Below are positions 38,807 through 52,600 of a DNA stretch of 64,000 bases, in pieces. The stretch is from Callorhinchus milii. Its lineage: Eukaryota. The DNA lies in assembly GCF_018977255.1 (NCBI RefSeq), contig NW_024704742.1, positions 71,922,001 through 71,986,000 on the forward strand, given 5' to 3'. The notes below the pieces were generated by a model. It worked only from the letters and a program-made list of their open reading frames with translations, did no database searches and was not told where the DNA came from. Numbering within the stretch: position 1 is the stretch's first letter; every line of letters begins with the position of its first letter. The translations under genes were made by a program, and so were the position numbers.

Positions 38807-41800
38807 ACAAGATGAAACATTGAGTTATTCTCTAACACAGGATGGGTGGGTGGAGGTAACGTGAATACTTTAAAAATCTTAAAATGCCTTCATATATCAT
38901 GTGGAGAGAGAGAGAGGGAGAGAGGGAGAGGGAGTTTGAGTTAATAAAACGTGAGTTGGACAGTGGGGTCGGTGTGTTGCGGGTGTCTAAAATCACACAA
39001 TGCAAATCGAATTTCTTTCGAGTTGCAAATGTGTTCGTAAAGTCGCAAGTGAATGCGCTTTTTTTCTTTAACAAAACCGAACAGATAGATTCCTTCTGCC
39101 ACGGTGTGGTGTAGGGCTGAAGCAGACCAGCTGTGGTTTGACCGTCTCAGCTTCTGCTCCATCACTGGTAAATGACCCCCAGCACCACAGCTCCAAATAG
39201 TTACCCGGAAAACACGTCCAGCGAATGAAACATTCCTGGTCACTTGTCACTGCAGAGACTCCATTCTCACTGAACGAATTTCAACTTCAATGAGCAGACT
39301 TTTTCTGGCGAATATGTTGTGGCGAAATGTTTCCGTGTTTACAATAAGGGTTTCAAAGGAAATCTCTGGCCTTGAGCTGTTTAGTAAGATCAAGTGTCAC
39401 CCTCCCGACCAGCCTCCCAATTTAGTGCTTTAATAAGACAGTAATGTCAACTCTCCCACAGCTTCCCGTCACCATGTAAAAGGGACGGAAACTGCCCGCT
39501 GTATTGACAGAGGTTTTGTCAGCACAGCTGTCCTGACACAACCCCCACATCTATTCAACATAATCCCCCACCTCCCCTCTCCCCTCCTCCTCCTTATTGT
39601 CTCCCCCCCACCCCCACCCTCACCATCCAGCACAGGCAAATTACACATCTCAGCCTGACTCACTGCTCCGGCCTCTGGGGCAGAAGGTTATAATAATATA
39701 ATAATACTTCTATTTTGATATAGCGCCTTATCACGTCATGGAGATTGTCTCAAAGCGCTTCATTGAATATACTGTAAAGTGAATTGACTGTATATTTTGT
39801 GGACAAAATGCAGCAGCCAATTGGGCACAGCAGGATTGAGTGATCAAATTATTATTTATTTTTGAAGGGATTATTATTGAAGGGAAAACAATCCTCCAAT
39901 TGACTAACAACAGGGTTCCTACTTACTGCTAGGTAAACAGAGGCTTTTGGAGTAAGGAAACTTGCCTAAGGTTTCGCCCCATCCGGGAATCGAACCTGGG
40001 TCCTCTCGTGAGCAAGGCAGATTGTCCTCTTTGACCGTGCCTTTGATTATCCTCCCACCCAACCTTGTCTGTTGAGGTAGACGTTAAAGATCCCATGGCA
40101 CTATTCGAAAAGAGAAAGGAGTTTTTCTTTCCAGGTATCCTGGCCAACAATCCATAAAATTAATCACTCACTTCATGGCTGTTTGTGTGCATACTGGCTG
40201 TTGCGTTTTGCCCACAAATTATAGTCACTACCCCCTACAATATACCTTGTGAAGCACTTTGAGATGCCTCACCATGATAAGGCGCTATATCAAATGCAAG
40301 GATTATTATTGTTGGAGGACAGGCGCGTTGAGTTTGGTCGAGGTGAGGACGTGGGTGGTGGAGTTGGACCTTGTGGATGATGGAGCTGGGAAGAACAGCG
40401 AGCAGCGAGCTTGAGAAATCGAGGTAGGAGGTGACAAGAGTGTCGATAGCATTGCATCTACAACATTTACAGCATTGAGCTGCCTCAACACTAAACGTCC
40501 GCTCTGAGCAATGAGGAAGCAAGAACAGAGGAAATATGAAGTGGTCACTGAGTCAGTCACCGGAGAGCGCAAGTTTAATACCATTCATATTATAATAATT
40601 CTTATAACAATAAATTTGTATGGTGCCTTTCACTTCGGGAGGACATCCCAAGACACTGCAAGGTCAGGGATTTTGACCCGAGCTGGTGGTTGGGATCAGG
40701 AGGGGTGGAGGGCAGGGAGAGTGGGGGTAGGAGGATGACCGAAGGCACATTCGAAGAGGAAGGTCTTGAGACGGGCCTTGAAAGAGGCGAGCATTGGGGT
40801 GATGGGAGTGTGGAGTTCGGTGCGGGTAAGGATACAGAGGTGGTGGAGCTGGGGAGACTGTCGAGAAGGGGTGCAGTGTAGTGCCTTTGTGTAGGTGAAA
40901 CACGGCAGCCAATTGCACACAGCAGTGTCCCACAAACAACGATGGAGTAAGTAACCAATTTTATCTGGGAGATGGTTGGCCAGGACACCGGAACAGAGAA
41001 ACTCTTCTTTTCGAATAGCGCCGTGGGATCTTTAACATCCACCTGGACAGGCACATGGGACCTCAGTGGTGTGGGGAGGGAGTGAAAAGAGCTCTTTCAG
41101 GGAACCGGCACAAGCACAAGGCTGTGTTGCCCCCTCATGGGGGAAATGAGCCTGACAGCCACACTGGGATGAAGCCTCATACTGAAGAATGCTTATTTGG
41201 TAATCTCTAGCGCCTCCATGTGGTAGCATGCAGCAATTGCACCCCATGTCTCAGAATCCATAAACACTATAAATTAGCAAATAGAAGTATAAATTAGCAA
41301 ATAGAGGATCTAAAGGAGAATTTCGGAGAGATTAATAATAAATAATAATCCTTGCATTTGATACAGCGCTTTTCACGTCGGGAGGACGTCCCAAAACGCT
41401 TCACAGAACACACTGTAAAGTGAATTGACTGTATATTTGTGGGCGAACGCGGCAGCCAATTGCGCACAGCAATGTCCCACAAACAGTCGTAGATTCAAAA
41501 TGACCAATTTATTATTGTTTTGTTTTGGAGGGATTATTATTAGGGGTGTGGAGTAAGGAAACTTGCCCAAGGTTTCGCCCTCTGCCTGGAATTGAACTCA
41601 GGTCTCTCGCTTGCAAAGCGAGTGCTCTAACCGCTGAGCTACAGGACTCCACACAAAGTGAGAATGTGGAACTCTCCACTGCAGATGAAACAGATAATGT
41701 AGATGTATTTAATAAATAATAATCCTTGTATTTGATATAGCGCCTTTCATATAAGGAGGACATCCAAATTGCTTCACAGAAAAGGGCAGTGAAAGTGTTT

Positions 41801-43289
41801 TTGTGTGCAGGTGAACATGACAGCCAATATGAATACAACAGAAGCCCACAAACGGCCAGGTTAAACTCCCATCTTTTTGAATAGTGCAGCGAGATTTTCA
41901 AAGTCCACCTGAACAGACACAGACGGGAGCTTGGTTTAATGTTTCATCCAAAGGACAAAAAAGGAAGCTGGACAACAAAACAACTTGCATTTATATAGCG
42001 GCCCTCACAGAGCGTAGCATCCCAGAGCACTTGAACTAGACCTTCACATGAGGGAGAGAGGAAGATAGAGAGTGGGAAGGAATGAGAAGTGAGGGTAACT
42101 CATGTGGAGTATAAACATCAGCACAGACTGGTTTGGTGAGTGGCCTGCTTTCGTGCTGTACAGTCTGTGTAAGTTGGATAGAGTTATTTTGGTTTGTTCA
42201 TTATATGGTTTTCATTATTCCCTCGAGGACAGAGAATCATACATTAATATACAAAGCCCAATGGATCAGTAATTGAAGTACTATCAATCACTATACATAC
42301 ACTCAACAAATCAAATATTAGATATTAGAACTATAATTTTTGTGTTTGATACAGCGTCTTATCACATCATCGAAACATCTCAAAGCAATTCACACGATTT
42401 ACTGGAACAACAACGACAAGATTTCATTTAGAGCGCCTTTCACCTCGGGAGGACGCCCCAAGGCACTGGACAGTTGGGTCAGGACCCGACATGGGGGAAA
42501 TGGTCAGGGTGAGGGGAGGGAAGGGAGGGAGCGAGGAGGGGGAAGATGGAGTGACTCTGTATTTTCTCAGTGAAAGTGACAGCTAATCTGTGCACAGCAA
42601 CATCCTGCAAACAGCCAATAGTGTGTAACTAACTCAGTGTGAGTGTATATAACTAACCTATCGGAGTCCCATAGTATATTGGTCGTTAGACCACTCGCCT
42701 CGCAAGGGTTCGATTCCCATTCTGAGCAAAACCTTAGGCAAGTTTCCTTATTCCACACGCATCTGTTTACCTGGCAGTAAGTAGGAACCCAGTTGTTAGT
42801 CGGATCACTTTCTGGAGATAATAATCCCTTCAAAAAATAATAATAATAATTTGGTCACTCAATGCACAACTGTTTGTGGGACACTGCTGTGCGCAATTGG
42901 CTGCCGCGTTTCGCCCACAAAATACCCAGTCAATTCACTTTAAAATATACGTATCCTGTGAAGCGCTTTGAGACGTCTCAATGACGTGATAAGACGCTAT
43001 ATCAAATGTCAGGATTATCACTGTTATTGTTATCATAAGAATAATAATCCCTCCAAAACCCCAAAACAGTAATAAATGGGTCATTTTCAATCTGCGACTG
43101 TTTGTGGGACATTGCTGTGCGCAATTGGCTGCCGCGTTCGCCCACAAATATACAGTCAATTCACTTTACAGTGTGTTCTGTGAAGCGCTTTGGGACGTCC
43201 TCCCGACGGGAAAAGCGCTATATCAAATGCGAGGATTATTATTATTATTATTATTAACTGTAACCCAGTGAGTGGGTCTGTGCAGCTGT

Positions 43290-43680
43290 AAGTGACTGAG
43301 GGAGCTGCTGTCCCCGCCGCTGCCTGTGAGGGGCGCTGTGGGGCGAGGCTCGCTGATTGGCCAGGCGGCTGGCGGGGTCAGAGGGCAGTAAGATGGCGGT
43401 TCCCATGAGCGAACTGCTGAGCTTCTGCGCGGAGCCGAGCGGCGCGGCCTCGCGGGTGGAGGTCAGGTTCATCAGCGGCCTGAAGGTGAGAGGGGCCCCG
43501 GGGAGCGGCTCTGCCGTGTGCTGGGGTGACCGGGGCCGAGGCCCGGCCCCCGCTGGCGGGAAGCCTGACCCGCTGACCCGCTGCTGGGACTGACACCCGA
43601 GGAGACCCGTCACCACGTGGCACAGCGTCTCCAAACCAACCCGCACCTGCGGGTGTCCCGTCCACACACACCGAAACCCC
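43290..43680 (+). promoter_or_regulatory. CpG-island promoter and first exon region of smyd5
   Basis: GC- and CpG-rich. Inverted CCAAT box (ATTGG 43356-43360) and YY1-type motif AAGATGGCGG (43390-43399) overlapping the start codon. Confidence 0.75.
43393..43485 (+). CDS. smyd5: smyd5 exon 1
   Basis: [12 protein letters not shown]...[10 protein letters not shown]; donor AAG|GTGAGA. Confidence 0.93.
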
Positions 43681-46600
43681 CCACACGGGGAGTTGGAATG
43701 GAATGCTCTCTCTCCCTGGAGGGACACCTCCTGGTTACCTAATTCTGGAGAGTATTAGGGCACAGGTCGGCGAGAGCTAAGGCTTGGGGACCCCAGAGTG
43801 TGCGTTGGGGTAACTGCTGGAGTCTAACCATAGCAGCATAGCCTGCCATTGAGAGTGCTGTCTGGCCAGCTTTCCCGCTGTGTGTCCAGCTGGGACCACC
43901 CTACCCGTGAGGGCTTTGGTTTGCAGGGTTAACAGGAGCTGAGTGGGAGGATTCCCTGCCCCCAGTGACTGGTCTGCCCTTCCAGGTCCTGGTGATGAGC
44001 CAGGCTGGGCTGTGCTGCCATCAGCAGTGCCCTGGAACACTGCGGACCCACTTGGCTCAGGATCCCGACGAGAGACCGTCACAGAGGGTGGGCTTGATTC
44101 TGACATTCTGTTGCCAAACATGTCACCTTGGAGCCAGTTCAGCTCTGAGGTGATCCGCTTACCTCCCATTCAGCACATAGCCAGGCTCCTCGCACTTGCG
44201 TCTTCCCCAGGGTCCCGCCGCTGAATCTTATTCTCAACCATCAGCAACGTTTTGTGGGAAACTGCAATCCAGGCTCAGAACCAAGGCCAGATTCTGTTTA
44301 AGAAACAGCTTTTAATAACGGCCAAATTACTGAAGGGTTTCACACAATTTGGAGCCACTTAAATCGGTTGCAGATCTGCCTGGCTCAGGAACCGGGCTGG
44401 AGACCGCCACAGAGGGTGGACTTGATTCATACATTCTGTCACCAAACATGTCATCTTAGAGCCAGCTCAGCCCCAAGAAGACCCCTCATACCATCCCGAG
44501 GATAATACTGGGGCTCAACTGTTGAGCAAATTATCAGTATCCTCACAGCTGGACTCCCTGTCTCTGGTCTCCTATCTTACTCCACTGCTTGTTCCCGTCT
44601 TCAGTCCTACCAACGATGGTCAGCGACTGTGCTCACCCCACACCTGCCTCGATTGAACCCTTCATCTTGCTTTTTCTCTCAATTTCTTCAAAACTCCTAT
44701 AAAATTGATCTCTTGTGATCTTGCCTTCGGCAACATCATTAATTTATTTTACCTCTACTCCCTGCTGGGTGAGCTGCATTGTTTCTGTAAAGTGTTTCAT
44801 TTATGAGTTGGAATAGAGTAGGGACAAGGCAAAGGGATTTTTATAGTGAGTTCCTGAGAGAGAAAAAAAATTGTGAATGAAGGCTCAGCTGCTGATGGTG
44901 AAATGGATGAAGTGAGGAACGAGCAATAGTCGGAGGAGGCAGGGCTGAAGGAGATGGCGACTCAGGAGATGATGAGGGGGGTTTCAGGATGAGGATCCAT
45001 TGGGATCTGGTGGAGTCTGGCAAGGAGGGGTGATTGAAACATAGAACCATAGACATTTACAGCACAGAAGAAAGCCATTCGGCCCATCGTGTCTGTGACT
45101 GCTCCCTCAAGAACAATCCTTTCATTCCCTTTTCCTCGCCCTTCCTTTTACCCTATAGTTGACTCCTTTTAAAGGTATTTATCTAGTTCCCTTATGAAAG
45201 CTAATTTTGATTCTGCCTCAATCACCGCTCCCAGCAGGGAATTCAATATCCTAACCATCTTAAATTGATGCTCTCTAGTCACTGACTCACCGCCCACGAG
45301 CACATGGAGTTTGATTCAGGAGAATTAATAATGATAATCCTTGCATTTGATATAGTGCTTTATCACATTGTTGAAACACCTCAAAGCGCTTCACAGAATA
45401 TATTGTAAAGTGAATTAACTGTATATTTTGTGGGCGAAACACAGCAGCCAATTGCGCTCAGCAATGACCCACGGTGGATTGAGTGACCAAGTTATAATTT
45501 TTTTTAAAATTGGACATTGCTTTGATGGCTGTCCTGGCCAATGCCCTATTTCTGTTTGTAACTGACTTTGTTTCTTCTTTTGAAGGGAAAGGGACTCTTT
45601 GCCACTAAAAGTGTAAGGAGAGGGGAAACCATCTTTGTGGAGCGCCCCCTGGTGTCTGCACAGTTCTTTTGGAATGCACTCTATAAATATAAGGGTAGGT
45701 GTCTTACCTCGAAGAATGATAGCGAGAATCTGGGGCAGGAAACATGGAATTCACTACCACAAACAACTGGTGGGTCCAACCCTGTTGAATATTCAATAGG
45801 GAGGTCAGGGAATGTTTGGTGTGCAAGGGTTTGAAGGGATATGATGAAAGACTCGATTGGCTGAATGGCTTCCTCCTATTCCTTGTTTTTTATGCTCTTG
45901 TGGGGGAGGGGGGGGGTGTCGGGGGAGGGATGGTAGGTGGGTACTTTAAGTTGGCATACATGTGGGAATCTCCGAGGCAGGTGGGGTTTGGGTTTACATG
46001 TGGGCGGAGGGGGATTACTGCACAGGTTGAGGGGTTGTTTTGTGGGCTGGATTGGTTGTGCAGGGGCAGAAGGGTTGGTGATGGGGGTTAGATGAGCTGG
46101 GGTGCGTGGGGTGTGTTACTTATACTGGGCTGATTTTGCAAGGCAGAAGGATGGGATTTGGGAGAGTTGAGTGCAGGTTGGGGGGGAATTTGCGAGATGT
46201 CACTGACCTGTGATGTGCTGTGCTCTGACCTGCTCTGTGTGTGGACAGCTTGTGACCACTGCATGCGCCCCCTGGAGACAGCGGACGAGAATGGCCGGAG
46301 GCTCTCAGCGAATCCCGACCTGATACTTCCTCACCAGGAGCAGTGCAGCGTCCGCCCACAGCTCCACCAGCTCTGTCCCTTCTGCCAGGTACCAGGGAAT
46401 GGCACGCCAGGAAAAGCTTAGCATTCCGGGAACGGATGGCACACGCGAGTAGCGGCGCATAGTTGGTGCTCGGAGTAGTGTAGATTGGAAGCCTCTGAGC
46501 TCAGTATGTGTGTTGTCGTCCTGACATGAGAGGCTCTGTATAAATACAATTTGTTGTTGTTGTATGGGACACAGTGACAGGCTGCTCAGCCCATCAATAC

Positions 46601-49600
46601 AGCACTTGTCGTTTTCTCCACACCAACTGCTCAGTCAGCTTGGCTCAGCTCATCACATTCTCGCCTCTGAGTCAGAAGGTTGTAGTTTCAAGCCGTCTTT
46701 GAGCTCACTGTCTAGGCTGACACTCCAGTGCATTGCTGGGGGGAGTGGTGCATTGTCGAAAGTTTTATCCTTCGGATTAGATGTTAAAATCTAGGTCCCA
46801 TCTGTGCCTATTCAGGTGATTGTTAAAGATCCAGCAAAGAGAGCATTTAAAAAACGAAGGAATTTCTCTCTCCAAGTATCCTGGCCAACAATCCCCCAGA
46901 TAAATTGCTTGGTCACTCACCACGAGCTGTGTCACACTTTGTGGCTGCTGTGTTTGTCTACAACAACAACAACGATTTATGCCATAAATCAAGAAATATT
47001 CAATCAAGAAAAGCTAGAAACACACTGTTGTCTTAAAACCGACTCACCTAGACGAGTGCGAATGTTCATGGATTAGTCACCACTTGTCTTATCTATAAAG
47101 CAAGCCATGGACTCGGTCCTTCCTACTGCTCAATCTATTAAACTTTACCAACTGACAACTTCCTCCCTTCTGCAGGGACATTGGCCTGCTCCATGTTCCT
47201 CACCCTGCCTGCTCCACCATCGCCAGTTGAGCCTTCAGTCTTTCTGTCCCAATCCTCTAGAACTCCATCCAGAGCTTCTTCGCCTCATCCCCTCCCTTGC
47301 CTCCTTCAAGGCCCGTCTTAAGACCTTCCTCTTTGACCGTGCCTTTGGTTATCCTTCCTCCTGCACCCCACTTGCCCTCTACTCCTCGTGATCCCAACCC
47401 TGCAGCTTGGGTCCAAATCCCTGACTGTCCAGCTCCTTGACACAAGAACAACTTGCATTTATATAGCGCCCCTCACGCAGGGTGCGTTTGACAGTGGCGG
47501 AGCATGACACCGAGCTGGGTGGATGTGACCATACGCACTGTCAAAAAGAAAGGTCTTCGGGCATGACCTAAAGATGGGGGAAGGAAGGGGAAAGGGGGCG
47601 GGATAGAGGAAGAGTGTTCCAGAGTTTTGGGGCGTAATGGCTGAAAGTGCGGCCACTGATGCTGGAACGGAGAACACGAGGGACATGCAAGAGATCGGAG
47701 CCAGTCAAGCGGAGGCAGCGGGTAGTGGTTTGGGTAGTAAGTCAGGGAGGTAGGCAGGTACCATGGTGTGAAGGGATTTGAAAACAAGTGTGAGGATCTT
47801 GAAATCGATCCATTCAACAATAGTGAGCCAGTAGAGCCTGGATAGAGCTGGTGTGATGGGGGGGGTGGGCGGCGGAGTTTGGGATCTTGTGGATGGCAGA
47901 GCTGGGGAGACCGGCAAATGAGGGCATTTGAAAAGTCGAGTCGGGAGGTGACAAACACATGGACGGAGGTACAGTTAGAGGTGACAATGTGGCGGAGGTG
48001 GAGGAAGGTGTCAGGAACTGGATGTGGGGGAGGAAGGACAGCACGAGTTCGGTGAGTCTGAGGGATAGGCCGGGGAGGTTGAAGAGGTCAGAGCCGCAGG
48101 ACTGAAGACGTTGACGGGAGGCAAGGAGTATGGCTTCCGTCTTGTCAATATTTAGTTGCAGAAAGGTGAGCTCATCCAGGCCCTGATGTCTGCTGAACAA
48201 TTCGACAGAACATCGACGGACCTAGAGTTGTGGAGTCCTGTAGCTCAGTGGTTAGAGCACTCGCCTTGCAAGCGAGAGACCTGAGTTCAATTCCAGGCAC
48301 AGGGCGAAACCTTGGGCAAGTTTCCTTACTCCACACGCCTAATAATAATCCCTTCATAAACCAAAAACAATAATAAAATTGGTCATTTTCAATCTACGAC
48401 TGTTTGTGGGACATTGCTGTGCGCAATTGGCTGCCGCGTTCGCCCACAAATATACAGTCAATTCACTTTACAGTGTGTTCTGTGAAGCGCTTTGGGACGT
48501 CCTCCCGACGTGAAAAGCGCTATATCAAATGCAAGGATTATTATTATTATTATTATTATAGAGTTGCAGCTGGAGGATGAGAATTAGATTTGGGACATGC
48601 TCCCAACGTGAAAGACGCTGTGTAAATATAATTTTTTGTTGTTGGTGGTCTACACTGAGCCAAGCTGACCCCTGTACTGTGTCTGTCCAGGTGGTGTACT
48701 GCAGTGCAGAGTGCAAACAGGTAGCCTTTAATCAGTATCATCAGGCTCTGTGCCTCGGGCCCTCGAAGGACGACCCTAAGCATCCTCTCAACAAGCTGCA
48801 GGAGGCATGGAGGTGAGCACAGACCCTGTTTGGGAGTCTCAAGTCTGAGCTACATCTGAGTGTGTTTATCTCTCTCTCAGATGTTTATGTGCGTGTGTAT
48901 GTGGGGGTGGTGGAGGAGGCATGAGTGGGGGCTCTTGACAATCGCTCTCATCCCCCTCTGCTGTCCCCCCCATAGATTCAGGAGAGGAAAGGAAAAGATA
49001 AACACCTTATTGTCGGCAACACTGGTGCTCTCTCCCCCACTGGAGCTGTCTACTCTAATCCCATTCCCTGCTCTCTCCCCATTGTGTCTGTGCTGGTGCT
49101 CGCTCTCCACTGGAGCTCTCCACTGTAATCCCATTCCCTGCTCTCTCCCCATCATGTCTGTGTTGGTGCTCACTCCCCCACTGGAGCTCTCTACTCTAAT
49201 CCCATTGCCTGCTCTCTCCCCATCGTGTCTGTGTTGGTGCTCACTCCCCCACTGGAGCTCTCTACTCTAATCCCATTCCCTGCTCTCTCTCCATCATGTC
49301 TGTGCTGGTGCTCGCTCCCCCACTGGCTCTCTACTCTAATCCCATGCCCTTCTCTCTCCCCATCATGTCTGTGCTGGTGTTCGCTCCCCCACTGGAGCTC
49401 TGTACTCTAATCCCATTCTCTATGTTATATTGTTATAATAGCCATGCTGTAACACTGCTTATTCTATGTCTGGGTGTTTCAGGAACATGCATTACCCTCC
49501 GGAGACTGCCAGTATTATGCTCATGGCCAGATTAGTTGCCACAGTGAAGCAGGTAAAGAGGCCGTCAGAGGAGGGGCGGGGGCGGGGCTCATGGGTGTGA

Positions 49601-52600
49601 CAATGAGACACTGCGGAGGATGTTGGGGGAGGTACTTGTCAAATGAGAGAATTTTTACCTTCAAAATTATAAGTGTCCACAAAGTCCTGTTATCCCCACA
49701 TTTTTTTTCCTATAATGCACTGAACAACAACTGAAACATGTGGAAGAATCATACAGTCTTACAGACCGAAGGAGGCCATTCGGCCCATTGTGCCTGTGCC
49801 GGCTCTTTGAAAAATTAGGCCAACTAGTCCCACTTCCCTGCTCTTTCCCCATACCCTGCAAATTTTCCTTTTCCAATGTATATTTAATTCCCTTTTTAAA
49901 GTTATTATTGAATTTGCTTTCATCACCCTTTCAGGCAGCACATTCCAGACCGTAACAACTCTCTGGGTAAAAAAAATCTCCTTGTGTCCCCTCTGGTTCT
50001 TTTGCAATTATCTTAAATCTGTGTCCTCTGGTTACCAACCCACCCACCAGAGAAAACAGTTTCTCCTTATTTACTCTTATCAAAACCCAATTATCAAAAT
50101 AAATCATCGGAATGATAATTGTATTTAGAAGCTCTTAGTTGTATTCAGTACAAGTGTTTTAACTGTATTTAGACGTCCAGAGGATCGGTCGGTGTGAGTG
50201 AGTGCCATTATTTTCATGGTAGATTATGATCCGTCACCATGTTCAATGACATCTTTAGTAACGTGAATGTAGTGAGGAGGTGAAATACATCTCTGACAGC
50301 TTGTTTCAGCTCCTCCGTAGTCTCACATCGCTGTTTTGTAATAGGGGATAACAGGACTTTGTGGACACACCGTACTTCACAGTGAACCATGTCAAGTGTA
50401 GTGACTGTTTTGTGTAGCTCCACTTTCTTTATGTAAAGCCTCCCATCTGTGGTGTCATCCAAGTACATCTGCAGTGCACCATCTCTATGGCCTTGACTTT
50501 CTCCCCATGGGGAGTGGCAGAATTGGACACTGGGCACAGACTAACCAATATACGTTTACTCATTAACGTACATTTCCTCTTATTCTTTTTCCCAAAATTC
50601 ATCATCTCACACTTGTTGTTAAACTTCACTTGCCACCTTTCTGCCCATTCCCAGCTGTTTGTGTCGGTTTTGCTCAGCCGCTTGCATTCTGGGTCAGAAG
50701 GTTGTGGGTATGGTCTTCCCACGTCAGAGACTTTGAGCTAACTGTCCATGATGGTGTTCCAGCACAGTCACTACACTTGTGGAGTTCTCTGAGACCTTTT
50801 GACATTGTAATGCTGTATTGAGTGGAAGGAACGCGCTCTCCTTGTTTTCTGCAAGTATCCCCTCTCCCCCTCCCCTCCCTCCCCCTTCCAAGTCAGGTGA
50901 TTGACGTTTGCTGTGTGTGTCTCTCAAAAGGCAAAGGACAAAGCTCGCTGGCTCAAGCTCTTCTCCCAGTTCTGCAGCCGAACGGCCAACGAAGAGGAAG
51001 AGATTGTGCACAAGTTAATTGGGGACAAGTTCCAGGTCAGTATTTCTCAGGCCCAGGCCTCGCACTAGCCCGTGCCTCCGGGCCTGTCTTCCATCGTCTG
51101 ATTCCCTGTCCACCAGCCCTCACTTATCCCTCCGCCGCCCATCACCCATCCCCGAGCCCTGCTCTATATCGCCCAATCCCCGGAGCTGAACTGCCATTGT
51201 TTGAGAGTGACCTGAAGCATTGCTGTTCACCCACTGGGGAAGGAATGGGCAGCCTTCAACGGAGGGGGGAGAAAAGTTCCATAAAACTCTGGGAGGGTTG
51301 GGGTTGCCTGCCTGTACCCCTCAGAGAGGGCAGCGGTGTCTGCCTGTACCTACTTGTAGATTAGTGGTGTTATCAGGTTCTGTGGTGGCAGGTATGTGTG
51401 TCACCGTGGTGATGGGTGTGTATGTCACTGTGGTGACAGGTGTCTGTGTCACTGGTGACAGGTGTCTGTGTCACTGGTGACAGGTGTGTATGTCACTGGT
51501 GACGGGTATGTGTGTCACTGGTAACGGGTGTGTAAGTCACTGTGTGAAGGGTATGTGTGTCACTGTGGTGAAGGGTGTTTGTCACTCCGGTGACAGGTGT
51601 GTGTGTCACTGTGGTGATGGGTGTGTGTGTGTCGCTGTGGTGATAGGTGGGTGTGTGTGTGTCACTGTGGTGATGGGTGTGTGTGTGTGTGTCACTGGTG
51701 ATGGGTGGGAGTGTGTGTGTCACTGTGGTGATGGGTGTGTGTGTGTGTGTCACTGTGGTGATGGGTGGGTGTGTGTGTGTCACTATGATGATGGGCGGGT
51801 GTGTGTGTGTGTCACTGTGGTGACAGGTGTGTGTGGCACTGTGGTGCCAACAACAACAAGATTACATTTGTATAGCGCCTTTCATTTCGGGAGGACGTCC
51901 CAAGGCGCTGGACAGTGTACAGCATTTCAGACCCGAGCTGGGGTTGGGGGAGTAAGGGAGGGGAGGGGAAGAGGGGTGGCCGATGGCATGGTTGAAGAGG
52001 AGGGTCTTGAGGCAGGACTTGAAGGAGGCTAAGGAGGGGGCGAGGCGGAGTGACTGGGGGATGGAATTCCAGAGGTGCCAGGTGCTTGTGTGTCACTGTG
52101 GTGATGGGTGTGTGTCTCACGGTGAATGTGTCACTGTGTGTGGTTGTCTCCAGGGGCAGCAGCAGATCCTCAGACAGCTGTTTACTGAAGCTCTGCATGA
52201 GGAATGTCTCGCTCGGGTAAGTGACTAACCTCAGACCCTGCCCTTGCCGGGTAGTGGGCGGGGGTGGGGGAAAGGAAGGTAGGAGTTGGAGGGAAAGGGG
52301 GGAGATTCAAGCCACTTTCCCAGCCTTGCACGCACTGACTCGTCAGGACAGCTCCACGGGGGTCAGTGATGAACATCACAGGCCTGTTCCTGTCCTTCCG
52401 CCCAATACAATCTCCCTCAGGGTGTCGGTAGATCAAATGCTTCTTTTTTGTGTGGGGTGTGGGGGGGGCTGGGGGGTAGGGAATATTCTCTCTCGTCTGT
52501 TTGTTGGTGAACCAACTATTGTGGTCTCCTTGGGGCTCCAAGGCAGAGTGACAGCAACATAATGTAGGAATCGAGTCAACCCTTTCAATGGCAAGCAATG

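Noticed and set aside
38884..39340. Complex, moderately CpG-rich segment with a 100-aa minus-strand ORF
   Set aside because: No recognisable domain, splice structure or termini. It may be an old transposon piece but cannot be supported.
48234..48306. tRNA-Ala(TGC) gene
   Set aside because: The cloverleaf-like sequence continues directly into the SINE body, has no T-run terminator and recurs at the head of many diverged copies.
50822..51364. 180-aa ORF in smyd5
   Set aside because: It overlaps exon 6 in another frame plus intron sequence and has no independent coding signal.
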